This document shows, one piece after another, positions 44,757-55,043 of a stretch of DNA of 64,000 bases. Below the pieces are notes generated by a model. That model searched no databases. It worked only from the letters and a program-made list of their open reading frames with translations, and was not told the origin of the DNA. Numbering within the stretch: position 1 is the stretch's first letter; every line of letters begins with the position of its first letter. The stretch comes from Rickettsiales bacterium (GTDB lineage: Bacteria > Pseudomonadota > Alphaproteobacteria > Rickettsiales > JABIRX01), in contig CBDCUE010000006.1 in the NCBI GenBank assembly GCA_965222515.1, forward strand, positions 1,543 to 65,542, in the 5' to 3' direction. The translations under genes were made by a program, and so were the position numbers.

Positions 44757-44894
44757 TATTCTTTCTTTCTGTTTTTTTAAAATTTAACTTTTTTAGTATC
44801 TTTTATCTTTTCTTATTTTGATAGAGATTTTTTAATCTTTTTTAAAATCTTCTTTTTCAAATTCTTCTAAACAAAAATCTTCTTTTCATAGTCT

Positions 44895-45551
44895 TTAGCC
44901 CTTATAAATGTTCTTACTTGGATCTTTTAATCCATCTCCTGTATCACAATTATACCAATCTCCCTTAAGGGATTTGCAAGATTTCTTATATTCTTCTATC
45001 TCTTTCTTGCTCATATCCTCCATATCTTCTTCATCCTCCTCTCCATCATAATACCAATAGGCTGATGGAAACAAACAATCAAAATGTGCATCTAAAAAAA
45101 ATTCAAAATCTATATAATCCACTTCTTTTTGAAATTCCTTCTCATCTCCTTCTTTTGGGAGTATCTCTCCAAAAATTCTAATAGTCTCTTCTATTGATAT
45201 ATTCTTATCAAGCTTTATAATATCTGTTGCTGTAAGAGCTTTATAAGGAAAAACTAAATCTTCTGATCTAAAACAATCTCTTACTGGATCTCTTTCTTTA
45301 TATTCTTTTATACAAAATTTTCTTGCTATTTCCCTTCCAAACCTCAATAACCCCTTCCTCATATAATATTCTATTAATTCCAAAAATAATTGTTTTCTTA
45401 CTTGAAAGGCTAGATTGAGATCACATACTGAATTATTTACATGCATCCATAAATCCCAAGGGTTGGCATTATGCTCTTTCATAATATCTTCTAATTTATC
45501 TACCTCATATTCTTCTAAAAAATATTGTTTATATTGTCCTAAAAATATCAT
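44895..45551 (-). CDS. Putative immunity protein, DUF596-like
   Basis: 4 nt downstream of the toxin-like ORF; RKQLFLELIEYYMRKGLLRF...SIEETI..F...PKE...PSAYW pattern recalls DUF596; acidic. Confidence 0.6.
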   Translation of the reverse strand: MIFLGQYKQYFLEEYEVDKLEDIMKEHNANPWDLWMHVNNSVCDLNLAFQVRKQLFLELIEYYMRKGLLRFGREIARKFCIKEYKERDPVRDCFRSEDLVFPYKALTATDIIKLDKNISIEETIRIFGEILPKEGDEKEFQKEVDYIDFEFFLDAHFDCLFPSAYWYYDGEEDEEDMEDMSKKEIEEYKKSCKSLKGDWYNCDTGDGLKDPSKNIYKG

Positions 45552-45555
45552 AATT

Positions 45556-46995
45556 TTAATCTGTAAATTTTATTTCATATTTTATATATTTATTTGCTCT
45601 ATTAGGATTTGGCTTCATAATATCAATATTCAAATTACCTGGATTGCTTGTTGATACTCTTCTTATCTTTATTTTTGTTCCGTCAGAATGAGTATATACA
45701 TCTATAGGTTCTCCTTGTTTTGTATGCTCTTTTTTCTTCGTCGCTCCCTCAGTAAATTTCTTAATAACCTCTTGTTGCTTTTTTTTACTTACTCCCTCAT
45801 ACATCCTTGCTCCTTTCGGTCCTTTCTTCTCATGTTGTTTCCCCTTTATTATCTCTCCATCTCCTAAATCTAAATCTATTGCATTTCTCTTATTTCCTGC
45901 ATCACTATCTCTCATAAAGTCATTTACTATATCTAAACTATTTCTTCTTTTTTTCTTATTTGTTTCTTTATCATCAGGATCCTGATTATCATTGTTTCCT
46001 CCTCCTGTTGTTATTATTCTTGTTTCTTGCTTTTTATCTTCTTCTTTATTTTCTACTGCTTCTTCTTTTGGTGCTTCTTCTTGGTTTAATGTTTCTGTTA
46101 TTTTTTCTCCTGTTACTAATGCTTTTGCTACATCTATTGCTTTCTTAGCACCTTTTATTACTCCATTTCTACAAGTGCTGTTTTTTGCACAAGCTGCACC
46201 AGAAGCAACAATAACACCTCCATAATTTGCCTTATCATTTGCATTTCTTACACTCTTATTTCCATTTCTTAATACCTTATTATTACTAGCCGTATGCTCA
46301 TTATTCCAATCCGCACTTGTTCTTGTATTCGTATTAACATTGCCATTCGCAGCATTATTATAATCCCAAACCTTCTGTGCATAATCTCCTCTTCTCTTCG
46401 CTGTCTTCTCATTATCTTTATGTGTTTCATGGTTTGTTCCCTCATGATATAAAACATTTATCACCTCTCCACTATTTGCTAAATCTGTATTTGCTGTGTT
46501 TACATTTATTTTACTTTCTCCTGTGTCTTTATCATAATATGCTGATCCCTTTGACTGAGCTTTATCCTGCGATAATATCACCTCTCCATCATGACCATCA
46601 GCATTATTCGCATTTGCATCATCTACCGTTTTTTGTGCCGTTGCTTGAACTTCTTCTGGAGTATAGTTTGTCAAACCATTCATCTTATCCGTCGTCTCTT
46701 GATCTTTTTGTGTTGTTTCTATCCCATTCACTACACCCAAATTAATCTCCTTCTGATCTTTATAACTACTATCTTTTCCATTCAATCTTACATTATCATA
46801 TGCCGCCGTTAAAAATGCTTTTTTTGTAATGCCTTCTTGATTGGCTTTCTTTATGTTTATTCCAGTGGTTTCTTCTGTTACTGCCCTTTCTTGGTATAAC
46901 CCTATTGTATCAATTGAATTTATAGCAATAAAATTACCAAAACTTAATTGTGTATTTATTAAAAATGTTATGAAAATTATAAATGTTTTTAACAT
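45556..46995 (-). CDS. Putative secreted polymorphic toxin (signal peptide, HExxxH segment, acidic linker, basic nuclease-like C-terminal domain)
   Basis: Hydrophobic N-terminus, LYHEGTNH, CAKNSTC, EK-rich linker, C-terminal YTHSDGTKIKIRRVSTSNPGNLNIDI...YEIKF; small ORF immediately downstream. Confidence 0.62.
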   Translation of the reverse strand: MLKTFIIFITFLINTQLSFGNFIAINSIDTIGLYQERAVTEETTGINIKKANQEGITKKAFLTAAYDNVRLNGKDSSYKDQKEINLGVVNGIETTQKDQETTDKMNGLTNYTPEEVQATAQKTVDDANANNADGHDGEVILSQDKAQSKGSAYYDKDTGESKINVNTANTDLANSGEVINVLYHEGTNHETHKDNEKTAKRRGDYAQKVWDYNNAANGNVNTNTRTSADWNNEHTASNNKVLRNGNKSVRNANDKANYGGVIVASGAACAKNSTCRNGVIKGAKKAIDVAKALVTGEKITETLNQEEAPKEEAVENKEEDKKQETRIITTGGGNNDNQDPDDKETNKKKRRNSLDIVNDFMRDSDAGNKRNAIDLDLGDGEIIKGKQHEKKGPKGARMYEGVSKKKQQEVIKKFTEGATKKKEHTKQGEPIDVYTHSDGTKIKIRRVSTSNPGNLNIDIMKPNPNRANKYIKYEIKFTD

Positions 46996-47080
46996 TGTTT
47001 TTGCTTACTGTTTTTTTTGATATTGAACTTTTTTATTATCTGTTATCTTTTCTTATTTTGATAGATGTTTGTTGTTTTTA

Positions 47081-47439
47081 GGGAGCGTTAAATCTATTTG
47101 TTTTTAGTTTTCATATTCCTTCCAAACTTTGAAAGATTTTACTTGGTATTTGAGCCAATTATTTCTTTCAAAATCCTTAATGACTACAAAGACATGATCT
47201 AACAATCTGTCTTCATTTTCAAAGCTAATTTTATGTTTATACTATTTTAATTTTATAATTGACCTATAGCCTTCAATCTGCTCAGCATAAATTGCTTTTT
47301 TTAATAATCTGTTAGCTATGGCTAGCAAATCATTAAAAAAAACAATTTCTACTAAACATCTTTTTGGCTATAGGTCAATTATAAAATTAAAATAGTATTA
47401 GTAGCTTTTCTAATCTGACACTTAAGATTTTCTATTCCA
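47081..47439 (-). mobile_element. IS256-family 3' remnant interrupted by a MITE
   Basis: Removing the MITE and one TTA restores IENLKCQIRKATKHKISFENEDRLLDHVFVVIKDFERNNW...*; end GGGAGCGTTAAATC at 47081. Confidence 0.72.
47240..47397. mobile_element. 158-bp MITE, copy 2
   Basis: Perfect 32-bp TIR and TTA target duplication (47237-47239, 47398-47400); inverted relative to 10276-10433. Confidence 0.92.
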
Positions 47440-47627
47440 TAATATAAATGTTCTTGCTGTTTTTTGCACAAATTTCTTTAAAAATTCCTATTTCTAATAG
47501 ATTATTTTAAAATAATAAAATTATCAACTTCTATTATGTTTAAATTTATTTTAATAGATCTTTTATATAAAATTCCTTTTATTATTTTATCCTCAAATTA
47601 TCATTTTTTACCCATACTCACTTACTG

Positions 47628-48125
47628 CTATTTTGTCCAACCTATACAATCCAATATCTCTCCTGTATCTATGTCTATTAAATAATTAAAACCATTCTGT
47701 AATCCCGCACTAAATTCACATTTTGATAAATCTAAATTAGGCTCATCTATCTCTATTTCATGTTTATCTACCATTATTGCATATTCCTTAATAACTTTTC
47801 CATTTTCTTTTATTTCAATAGCCATTCCTACATATACACTATCTTCTTTATACCCCTTATGATTATATTCTGCTACTTGCCATAATAATTTTCCTGTCTG
47901 TTTGCTGTAGCAAAAGAGATTTTCTCTTACTCGTTCTTCAGGAGTGGCATCTCTTGGTGAAATATTTTCTATTTTTTCTCTTGCATAAAAAGCTAAATTT
48001 AACCAATTAACTAAAAAGATTATTCTATCGGGTAATTCTATATATGATAATATTCTACTTTTAAAATCTACCTTAAATTTACCAAACTTTGCTATACTTC
48101 TATTTTTATTTAATTTGATGCTCAT
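47628..48125 (-). CDS. Array putative immunity protein, copy 1
   Basis: 165 aa with LPDRII...NLFCYSKQTGKLLWQV...YLIDIDTGEIL..GWTK; protein identical to copy 5. Confidence 0.85.
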   Translation of the reverse strand: MSIKLNKNRSIAKFGKFKVDFKSRILSYIELPDRIIFLVNWLNLAFYAREKIENISPRDATPEERVRENLFCYSKQTGKLLWQVAEYNHKGYKEDSVYVGMAIEIKENGKVIKEYAIMVDKHEIEIDEPNLDLSKCEFSAGLQNGFNYLIDIDTGEILDCIGWTK

Positions 48126-48132
48126 ATAATTT

Positions 48133-48312
48133 TTATTGTAAAGGTTTTGTATTTAAATACCATTCAGGTTTTATTTCTTGCAATATCTCTGTCTGTAGTC
48201 CTTCTCCTTGTCCAAAACTATTACTCCCTGCTCTTCCTGTTCTTATCTCTCTATTTTTAGGCAATTTTACATCCGTTACCCATAATATAAATGTTCTTGC
48301 TGTTTTTTGCAC
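48133..48312 (-). pseudogene. Toxin-tail ORF (59 codons)
   Basis: GTG...WVTDVKLPKNREIRTGRAGSNSFGQGEGLQTEILQEIKPEWYLNTKPLQ*, ending 7 nt before the next ATG. Confidence 0.65.
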
Positions 48313-48470
48313 AGATTTCTTTAAAAATTCCTATTTCTAATAGATTATTTTAAAATAATAAAATTATCAACTTCTATTATGTTTAAATTTATTTTAATAG
48401 ATCTTTTATATAAAATTCCTTTTATTATTTTATCCTCAAATTATCATTTTTTACCCATACTCACTTACTG

Positions 48471-48968
48471 CTATTTTGTCCAACCTATACAATCCAATAT
48501 CTCTCCTGTATCTATGTCTATTAAATACTCAAAACCATTCTGTAATCCCGCACTAAATTCACATTTTGATAAATCTAAATTAGGCTTATCTATCTCTATT
48601 TCATGTTTATCTACCATTATTGCATATCTCTTCACAACTTTTCCATTTTCTTTTATTTCAATAGCCATTCCTACATATACACTATCTTCTTTATACCCCT
48701 TATGATTATATTCTGCTACTTGCCATAATAATTTTCCTGTCTGTTTGCTGTAGCAAAAGAGATTTTCTCTTACTCGTTCTTCAGGAGTGGCATCTCTTGG
48801 TGAAATATTTTCTATTTTTTCTCTTGCATAAAAAGCTAAATTTAACCAATTAACTAAAAAGATTATTCTATCGGGTAATTCTATATATGATAATATTCTA
48901 CTTTTAAAATCTACCTTAAATTTACCAAACTTTGCTATACTTCTATTTTTATTTAATTTGATGCTCAT
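48471..48968 (-). CDS. Array putative immunity protein, copy 2
   Basis: KSRILS / EDS / VKRY / FEY allele combination. Confidence 0.85.
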   Translation of the reverse strand: MSIKLNKNRSIAKFGKFKVDFKSRILSYIELPDRIIFLVNWLNLAFYAREKIENISPRDATPEERVRENLFCYSKQTGKLLWQVAEYNHKGYKEDSVYVGMAIEIKENGKVVKRYAIMVDKHEIEIDKPNLDLSKCEFSAGLQNGFEYLIDIDTGEILDCIGWTK

Positions 48969-48975
48969 ATAATTT

Positions 48976-49155
48976 TTATTGTAAAGGTTTTGTATTTAAA
49001 TACCATTTAGGTTCTATTTTTTGCAATATCTCTGTCTGTAGTCCTTCTCCTTGCCCAAAACTATTACTCCCTGCTCTTCCTGTTCTTATCTCTCTATTTT
49101 TAGGCAATTCTACATCCGTTACCCATAATATAAATGTTCTTGCTGTTTTTTGCAC
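48976..49155 (-). pseudogene. Toxin-tail ORF
   Basis: Variant DVE..NRE..LQKIEPKW. Confidence 0.6.
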
Positions 49156-49313
49156 AAATTTCTTTAAAAATTCCTATTTCTAATAGATTATTTTAAAATA
49201 ATAAAATTATCAACTTCTATTATGTTTAAATTTATTTTAATAGATCTTTTATATAAAATTCCTTTTATTATTTTATCCTCAAATTATCATTTTTTACCCA
49301 TACTCACTTACTG

Positions 49314-49811
49314 CTATTTTGTCCAACCTATACAATCCAATATCTCTCCTGTATCTATGTCTATTAAATACTCAAAACCATTATGTAATCCCGCACTAAA
49401 TTCACATTTTGATAAATCTAAATTAGGCTTATCTATCTCTATTTCATGTTTATCTACCATTATTGCATATTCCTTAATAACTTTTCCATTTTCTTTTATT
49501 TCAATACCCATTCCTACATATACACTTTTCACTTTATACCCCTTATGATTATATTCTGCTACTTGCCATAATAATTTTCCTGTCTGTTTGCTGTAGCAAA
49601 AGAGATTTTCTCTTACTCGTTCTTCAGGAGTGGCATCTCTTGGTGAAATATTTTCTATTTTTTCTCTTGCATAAAAAGCTAAATTTAACCAATTAACTAA
49701 AAAGATTATTCTATCGGGTAATTCTATATATGATAATATTCTACTTTTAAAATCTACCTTAAATTTACCAAACTTTGCTATACTTCTATTTTTATTTAAT
49801 TTGATGCTCAT
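49314..49811 (-). CDS. Array putative immunity protein, copy 3
   Basis: KSRILS / VKS / GIE / IKEY combination. Confidence 0.85.
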   Translation of the reverse strand: MSIKLNKNRSIAKFGKFKVDFKSRILSYIELPDRIIFLVNWLNLAFYAREKIENISPRDATPEERVRENLFCYSKQTGKLLWQVAEYNHKGYKVKSVYVGMGIEIKENGKVIKEYAIMVDKHEIEIDKPNLDLSKCEFSAGLHNGFEYLIDIDTGEILDCIGWTK

Positions 49812-49818
49812 ATAATTT

Positions 49819-49998
49819 TTATTGTAAAGGTTTTGTATTTAAATACCATTCAGATTTTATTTTTTGCAATATCTCTGTCTGTAGTCCTTCTCCTTGTCCA
49901 AAACTATTACTCCCTGCTCTTCCTGTTCTTATCTCTCTATTTTTAGGCAATTCTACATCCGTTACCCATAATATAAATGTTCTTGCTGTTTTTTGCAC
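49819..49998 (-). pseudogene. Toxin-tail ORF
   Basis: Variant DVE..NRE..LQKIKSEW. Confidence 0.6.
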
Positions 49999-50137
49999 AA
50001 ATTTCTTTAAAAATTCCTATTTCTAATAGATTATTTTAAAATAATAAAATTATCAACTTCTATTATGTTTAAATTTATTTTAATAGATCTTTTATATAAA
50101 ATTCCTTTTATTATTTTTTACCCATACTCACTTACTG

Positions 50138-50641
50138 CTATTTTGTCCAACCTATACAATCCAATATCTCTCCTGTATTTATGTCTATTAAATACTTAAA
50201 ACCATTCTGTAATCCCGCAATAAATTCACATTTTGATAAATCTAAATTAGGCTCATCTATCTCTATTTCATCTTTATCTACCATTATTGCATATCTCTTC
50301 ACAACTTTTCCATTTTCTTTTATATAAAATCTCATTCCTACATATACACTATCTTCTTTATACCCCTTATGATTATATTCTGCTACTTGCCATAATAATT
50401 TTCCTGTCTGTTTGCTGTAGCAAAAGAGATTTTCTCTTACTCGTTCTTCAGGAGTGGCTTCTCTTGGCAGAAGTTCCCTTCCTGCTATTTTTTCTCTTTC
50501 ATGAAAAGCTAAATTTAATGGATTAACTAAAAAAAATATTCTATCAGGTAATGCTATATATGATCTTATAGCAGTTTTAAAATCTACTTTAAATTTACCA
50601 AACTTTGCTATACTTCTATTTTTATTTAATTTGATGCTCAT
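50138..50641 (-). CDS. Array putative immunity protein, copy 4 (167 aa)
   Basis: KTAIRS / AGRELLPRE insertion allele / EDS / RFY. Confidence 0.85.
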   Translation of the reverse strand: MSIKLNKNRSIAKFGKFKVDFKTAIRSYIALPDRIFFLVNPLNLAFHEREKIAGRELLPREATPEERVRENLFCYSKQTGKLLWQVAEYNHKGYKEDSVYVGMRFYIKENGKVVKRYAIMVDKDEIEIDEPNLDLSKCEFIAGLQNGFKYLIDINTGEILDCIGWTK

Positions 50642-50648
50642 ATAATTT

Positions 50649-50828
50649 TTATTGTAAAGGTTTTGTATTTAAATACCATTCAGGTTTTATTTCGTCCAAT
50701 ATCTCTGTCTGTAGTCCTTCTCCTTGCCCAAAACTATTACTCCCTGCTCTTCCTGTTCTTATATCTCTATTTTTAGGCAATTTTACATCCGTTACCCATA
50801 ATATAAATGTTCTTGCTGTTTTTTGCAC
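50649..50828 (-). pseudogene. Toxin-tail ORF
   Basis: Variant DVK..NRD..LDEIKPEW. Confidence 0.6.
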
Positions 50829-50986
50829 AGATTTCTTTAAAAATTCCTATTTCTAATAGATTATTTTAAAATAATAAAATTATCAACTTCTATTATGTTT
50901 AAATTTATTTTAATAGATCTTTTATATAAAATTCCTTTTATTATTTTATCCTCAAATTATCATTTTTTACCCATACTCACTTACTG

Positions 50987-51484
50987 CTATTTTGTCCAAC
51001 CTATACAATCCAATATCTCTCCTGTATCTATGTCTATTAAATAATTAAAACCATTCTGTAATCCCGCACTAAATTCACATTTTGATAAATCTAAATTAGG
51101 CTCATCTATCTCTATTTCATGTTTATCTACCATTATTGCATATTCCTTAATAACTTTTCCATTTTCTTTTATTTCAATAGCCATTCCTACATATACACTA
51201 TCTTCTTTATACCCCTTATGATTATATTCTGCTACTTGCCATAATAATTTTCCTGTCTGTTTGCTGTAGCAAAAGAGATTTTCTCTTACTCGTTCTTCAG
51301 GAGTGGCATCTCTTGGTGAAATATTTTCTATTTTTTCTCTTGCATAAAAAGCTAAATTTAACCAATTAACTAAAAAGATTATTCTATCGGGTAATTCTAT
51401 ATATGATAATATTCTACTTTTAAAATCTACCTTAAATTTACCAAACTTTGCTATACTTCTATTTTTATTTAATTTGATGCTCAT
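50987..51484 (-). CDS. Array putative immunity protein, copy 5
   Basis: Protein identical to copy 1. Confidence 0.85.
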   Translation of the reverse strand: MSIKLNKNRSIAKFGKFKVDFKSRILSYIELPDRIIFLVNWLNLAFYAREKIENISPRDATPEERVRENLFCYSKQTGKLLWQVAEYNHKGYKEDSVYVGMAIEIKENGKVIKEYAIMVDKHEIEIDEPNLDLSKCEFSAGLQNGFNYLIDIDTGEILDCIGWTK

Positions 51485-51491
51485 ATAATTT

Positions 51492-51671
51492 TTATTGTAA
51501 AGGTTTTGTATTTAAATACCATTCAGGTTTTATTTCTTGCAATATCTCTGTCTGTAGTCCTTCTCCTTGTCCAAAACTATTACTCCCTGCTCTTCCTGTT
51601 CTTATCTCTCTATTTTTAGGCAATTTTACATCCGTTACCCATAATATAAATGTTCTTGCTGTTTTTTGCAC
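51492..51671 (-). pseudogene. Toxin-tail ORF
   Basis: Same peptide as 48133-48312. Confidence 0.6.
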
Positions 51672-51829
51672 AGATTTCTTTAAAAATTCCTATTTCTAAT
51701 AGATTATTTTAAAATAATAAAATTATCAACTTCTATTATGTTTAAATTTATTTTAATAGATCTTTTATATAAAATTCCTTTTATTATTTTATCCTCAAAT
51801 TATCATTTTTTACCCATACTCACTTACTG

Positions 51830-52327
51830 CTATTTTGTCCAACCTATACAATCCAATATCTCTCCTGTATCTATGTCTATTAAATACTCAAAACCATTCT
51901 GTAATCCCGCACTAAATTCACATTTTGATAAATCTAAATTAGGCTTATCTATCTCTATTTCATGTTTATCTACCATTATTGCATATCTCTTCACAACTTT
52001 TCCATTTTCTTTTATTTCAATAGCCATTCCTACATATACACTTTTCACTTTATACCCCTTATGATTATATTCTGCTACTTGCCATAATAATTTTCCTGTC
52101 TGTTTGCTGTAGCAAAAGAGATTTTCTCTTACTCGTTCTTCAGGAGTGGCATCTCTTGGTGAAATATTTTCTATTTTCTTTCTTGCATAATAAGCTAAAT
52201 TTAATGGACTAACTAAAAAGATTATTCTATCAGGTAATGCTATATATGATCTTATAGCAGTTTTAAAATCTACCTTAAATTTACCAAACTTTGCTATACT
52301 TCTATTTTTATTTAATTTGATGCTCAT
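51830..52327 (-). CDS. Array putative immunity protein, copy 6
   Basis: KTAIRS / SPL / VKS / VKRY. Confidence 0.85.
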   Translation of the reverse strand: MSIKLNKNRSIAKFGKFKVDFKTAIRSYIALPDRIIFLVSPLNLAYYARKKIENISPRDATPEERVRENLFCYSKQTGKLLWQVAEYNHKGYKVKSVYVGMAIEIKENGKVVKRYAIMVDKHEIEIDKPNLDLSKCEFSAGLQNGFEYLIDIDTGEILDCIGWTK

Positions 52328-52334
52328 ATAATTT

Positions 52335-52514
52335 TTATTGTAAAGGTTTTGTATTTAAATACCATTTAGATTCTATTTTTTGCAATATCTCTGTCTGTAG
52401 TCCTTCTCCTTGTCCAAAACTATTACTCCCTGCTCTTCCTGTTCTTATCTCTGTATTTTTAGGCAATTCTACATCCGTTACCCATAATATAAATGTTCTT
52501 GCTGTTTTTTGCAC
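52335..52514 (-). pseudogene. Toxin-tail ORF
   Basis: Variant DVE..NTE..LQKIESKW. Confidence 0.6.
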
Positions 52515-52672
52515 AGATTTCTTTAAAAATTCCTATTTCTAATAGATTATTTTAAAATAATAAAATTATCAACCTCTATTATGTTTAAATTTATTTTAAT
52601 AGATCTTTTATATAAAATTCCTTTTATTATTTTATCCTCAAATTATCATTTTTTACCCATACTCACTTACTG

Positions 52673-53170
52673 CTATTTTGTCCAACCTATACAATCCAAT
52701 ATCTCTCCTGTATTTATGTCTATTAAATACTCAAAACCATTCTGTAATCCCGCACTAAATTCACATTTTGATAAATCTAAATTAGGCTTATCTATCTCTA
52801 TTTCATGTTTATCTACCATTATTGCATATCTCTTCACAACTTTTCCATTTTCTTTTATTTCAATAGCCATTCCTACATATACACTTTTCACTTTATACCC
52901 CTTATGATTATATTCTGCTACTTGCCATAATAATTTTCCTGTCTGTTTGCTGTAGCAAAAGAGATTTTGTTCTACTTCTTCTTCAGGAGTGGCATCTCTT
53001 GGTGAAATATTTTCTATTTTTTCTCTTGCATAAAAAGCTAAATTAAACCAATTAACTAAAAAGATTATTCTATCAGGTAATTCTATATAAGATAATATTC
53101 TACTTTTAAAATCTACCTTAAATTTACCAAACTTTGCTATACTTCTATTTTTATTTAATTTGATGCTCAT
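52673..53170 (-). CDS. Array putative immunity protein, copy 7
   Basis: KSRILS / NWF / EEEVEQ / VKS. Confidence 0.85.
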   Translation of the reverse strand: MSIKLNKNRSIAKFGKFKVDFKSRILSYIELPDRIIFLVNWFNLAFYAREKIENISPRDATPEEEVEQNLFCYSKQTGKLLWQVAEYNHKGYKVKSVYVGMAIEIKENGKVVKRYAIMVDKHEIEIDKPNLDLSKCEFSAGLQNGFEYLIDINTGEILDCIGWTK

Positions 53171-53177
53171 ATAATTT

Positions 53178-53357
53178 TTATTGTAAAGGTTTTGTATTTA
53201 AATACCATTTAGGTTCTATTTCGTCCAATATCTCTGTCTGTAGTCCTTCTCCTTGTCCAAAACTATTACTCCCTGCTCTTCCTGTTCTTATCTCTCTATT
53301 TTTAGGCAATTCTACATCCGTTACCCATAATATAAATGTTCTTGCTGTTTTTTGCAC
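53178..53357 (-). pseudogene. Toxin-tail ORF
   Basis: Variant DVE..NRE..LDEIEPKW. Confidence 0.6.
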
Positions 53358-53515
53358 AGATTTCTTTAAAAATTCCTATTTCTAATAGATTATTTTAAAA
53401 TAATGAAATTATCAACTTCTATTATGTTTAAATTTATTTTAATAGATCTTTTATATAAAATTCCTTTTATTATTTTATCCTCAAATTATCATTTTTTACC
53501 CATACTCACTTACTG

Positions 53516-54013
53516 CTATTTTGTCCAACCTATACAATCCAATATCTCTCCTGTATTTATGTCTATTAAATACTTAAAACCATTCTGTAATCCCGCAATA
53601 AATTCACATTTTGATAAATCTAAATTAGGCTCATCTATCTCTATTTCATCTTTATCTACCATTATTGCATATCTCTTCACAACTTTTCCATTTTCTTTTA
53701 TATAAAATCTCATTCCTACATATACACTTTTCACTTTATACCCCTTATGATTATATTCTGCTACTTGCCATAATAATTTTCCTGTCTGTTTGCTGTAGCA
53801 AAAGAGATTTTGATCTACTTCTTCTTCAGGAGTGGCATCTCTTGGTGAAATATTTTCTATTTTCTTTCTTGCATAATAAGCTAAATTAAACCAATTAACT
53901 AAAAAGATTATTCTATCGGGTAATTCTATATATGATTTTATAGCAGTTTTAAAATCTACTTTAAATTTACCAAACTTTGCTATACTTCTATTTTTATTTA
54001 ATTTGATGTTCAT
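53516..54013 (-). CDS. Array putative immunity protein, copy 8
   Basis: KTAIKS / NWF / EEEVDQ / VKS / RFY. Confidence 0.85.
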   Translation of the reverse strand: MNIKLNKNRSIAKFGKFKVDFKTAIKSYIELPDRIIFLVNWFNLAYYARKKIENISPRDATPEEEVDQNLFCYSKQTGKLLWQVAEYNHKGYKVKSVYVGMRFYIKENGKVVKRYAIMVDKDEIEIDEPNLDLSKCEFIAGLQNGFKYLIDINTGEILDCIGWTK

Positions 54014-54020
54014 ATAATTT

Positions 54021-54200
54021 TTATTGTAAAGGTTTTGTATTTAAATACCATTTAGGTTTTATTTCGTCCAATATCTCTGTCTGTAGTCCTTCTCCTTGTC
54101 CAAAACTATTACTCCCTGCTCTTCCTGTTCTTATCTCTGTATTTTTAGGCAATTTTACATCCGTTACCCATAATATAAATGTTCTTGCTGTTTTTTGCAC
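54021..54200 (-). pseudogene. Toxin-tail ORF
   Basis: Variant DVK..NTE..LDEIKPKW. Confidence 0.6.
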
Positions 54201-54358
54201 AAATTTCTTTAAAAATTCCTATTTCTAATAGATTATTTTAAAATAATAAAATTATCAACTTCTATTATGTTTAAATTTATTTTAATAGATCTTTTATATA
54301 AAATTCCTTTTATTATTTTATCCTCAAATTATCATTTTTTACCCATACTCACTTACTG

Positions 54359-54856
54359 CTATTTTGTCCAACCTATACAATCCAATATCTCTCCTGTATT
54401 TATGTCTATTAAATACTTAAAACCATTCTGTAATCCCGCACTAAATTCACATTTTGATAAATCTAAATTAGGCTCATCTATCTCTATTTCATGTTTATCT
54501 ACCATTATTGCATATCTCTTCACAACTTTTCCATTTTCTTTTATTTCAATAGCCATTCCTACATATACACTATCTTCTTTATACCCCTTATGATTATATT
54601 CTGCTACTTGCCATAATAATTTTCCTGTCTGTTTGCTGTAGCAAAAGAGATTTTCTCTTACTCGTTCTTCAGGAGTGGCATCTCTTGGTGAAATATTTTC
54701 TATTTTCTTTCTTGCATAATAAGCTAAATTTAATGGACTAACTAAAAAGATTATTCTATCAGGTAATGCTATATATGATCTTATAGCAGTTTTAAAATCT
54801 ACCTTAAATTTACCAAACTTTGCTATACTTCTATTTTTATTTAATTTGATGCTCAT
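54359..54856 (-). CDS. Array putative immunity protein, copy 9
   Basis: KTAIRS / SPL / EDS / FKY; protein identical to copy 11. Confidence 0.85.
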   Translation of the reverse strand: MSIKLNKNRSIAKFGKFKVDFKTAIRSYIALPDRIIFLVSPLNLAYYARKKIENISPRDATPEERVRENLFCYSKQTGKLLWQVAEYNHKGYKEDSVYVGMAIEIKENGKVVKRYAIMVDKHEIEIDEPNLDLSKCEFSAGLQNGFKYLIDINTGEILDCIGWTK

Positions 54857-54863
54857 ATAATTT

Positions 54864-55043
54864 TTATTGTAAAGGTTTTGTATTTAAATACCATTTAGGT
54901 TCTATTTCTTGCAATATCTCTGTCTGTAGTCCTTCTCCTTGTTCAAAACTATTACTCCCTGCTCTTCCTGTTCTTATCTCTCTATTTTTAGGCAATTCTA
55001 CATCCGTTACCCATAATATAAATGTTCTTGCTGTTTTTTGCAC
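54864..55043 (-). pseudogene. Toxin-tail ORF
   Basis: Variant DVE..NRE..SFEQG..LQEIEPKW. Confidence 0.6.

Noticed and set aside
45960-46812. Leu/Phe-rich plus-strand ORFs
   Set aside because: Antisense to the Glu/Lys-rich toxin linker; a compositional artefact.
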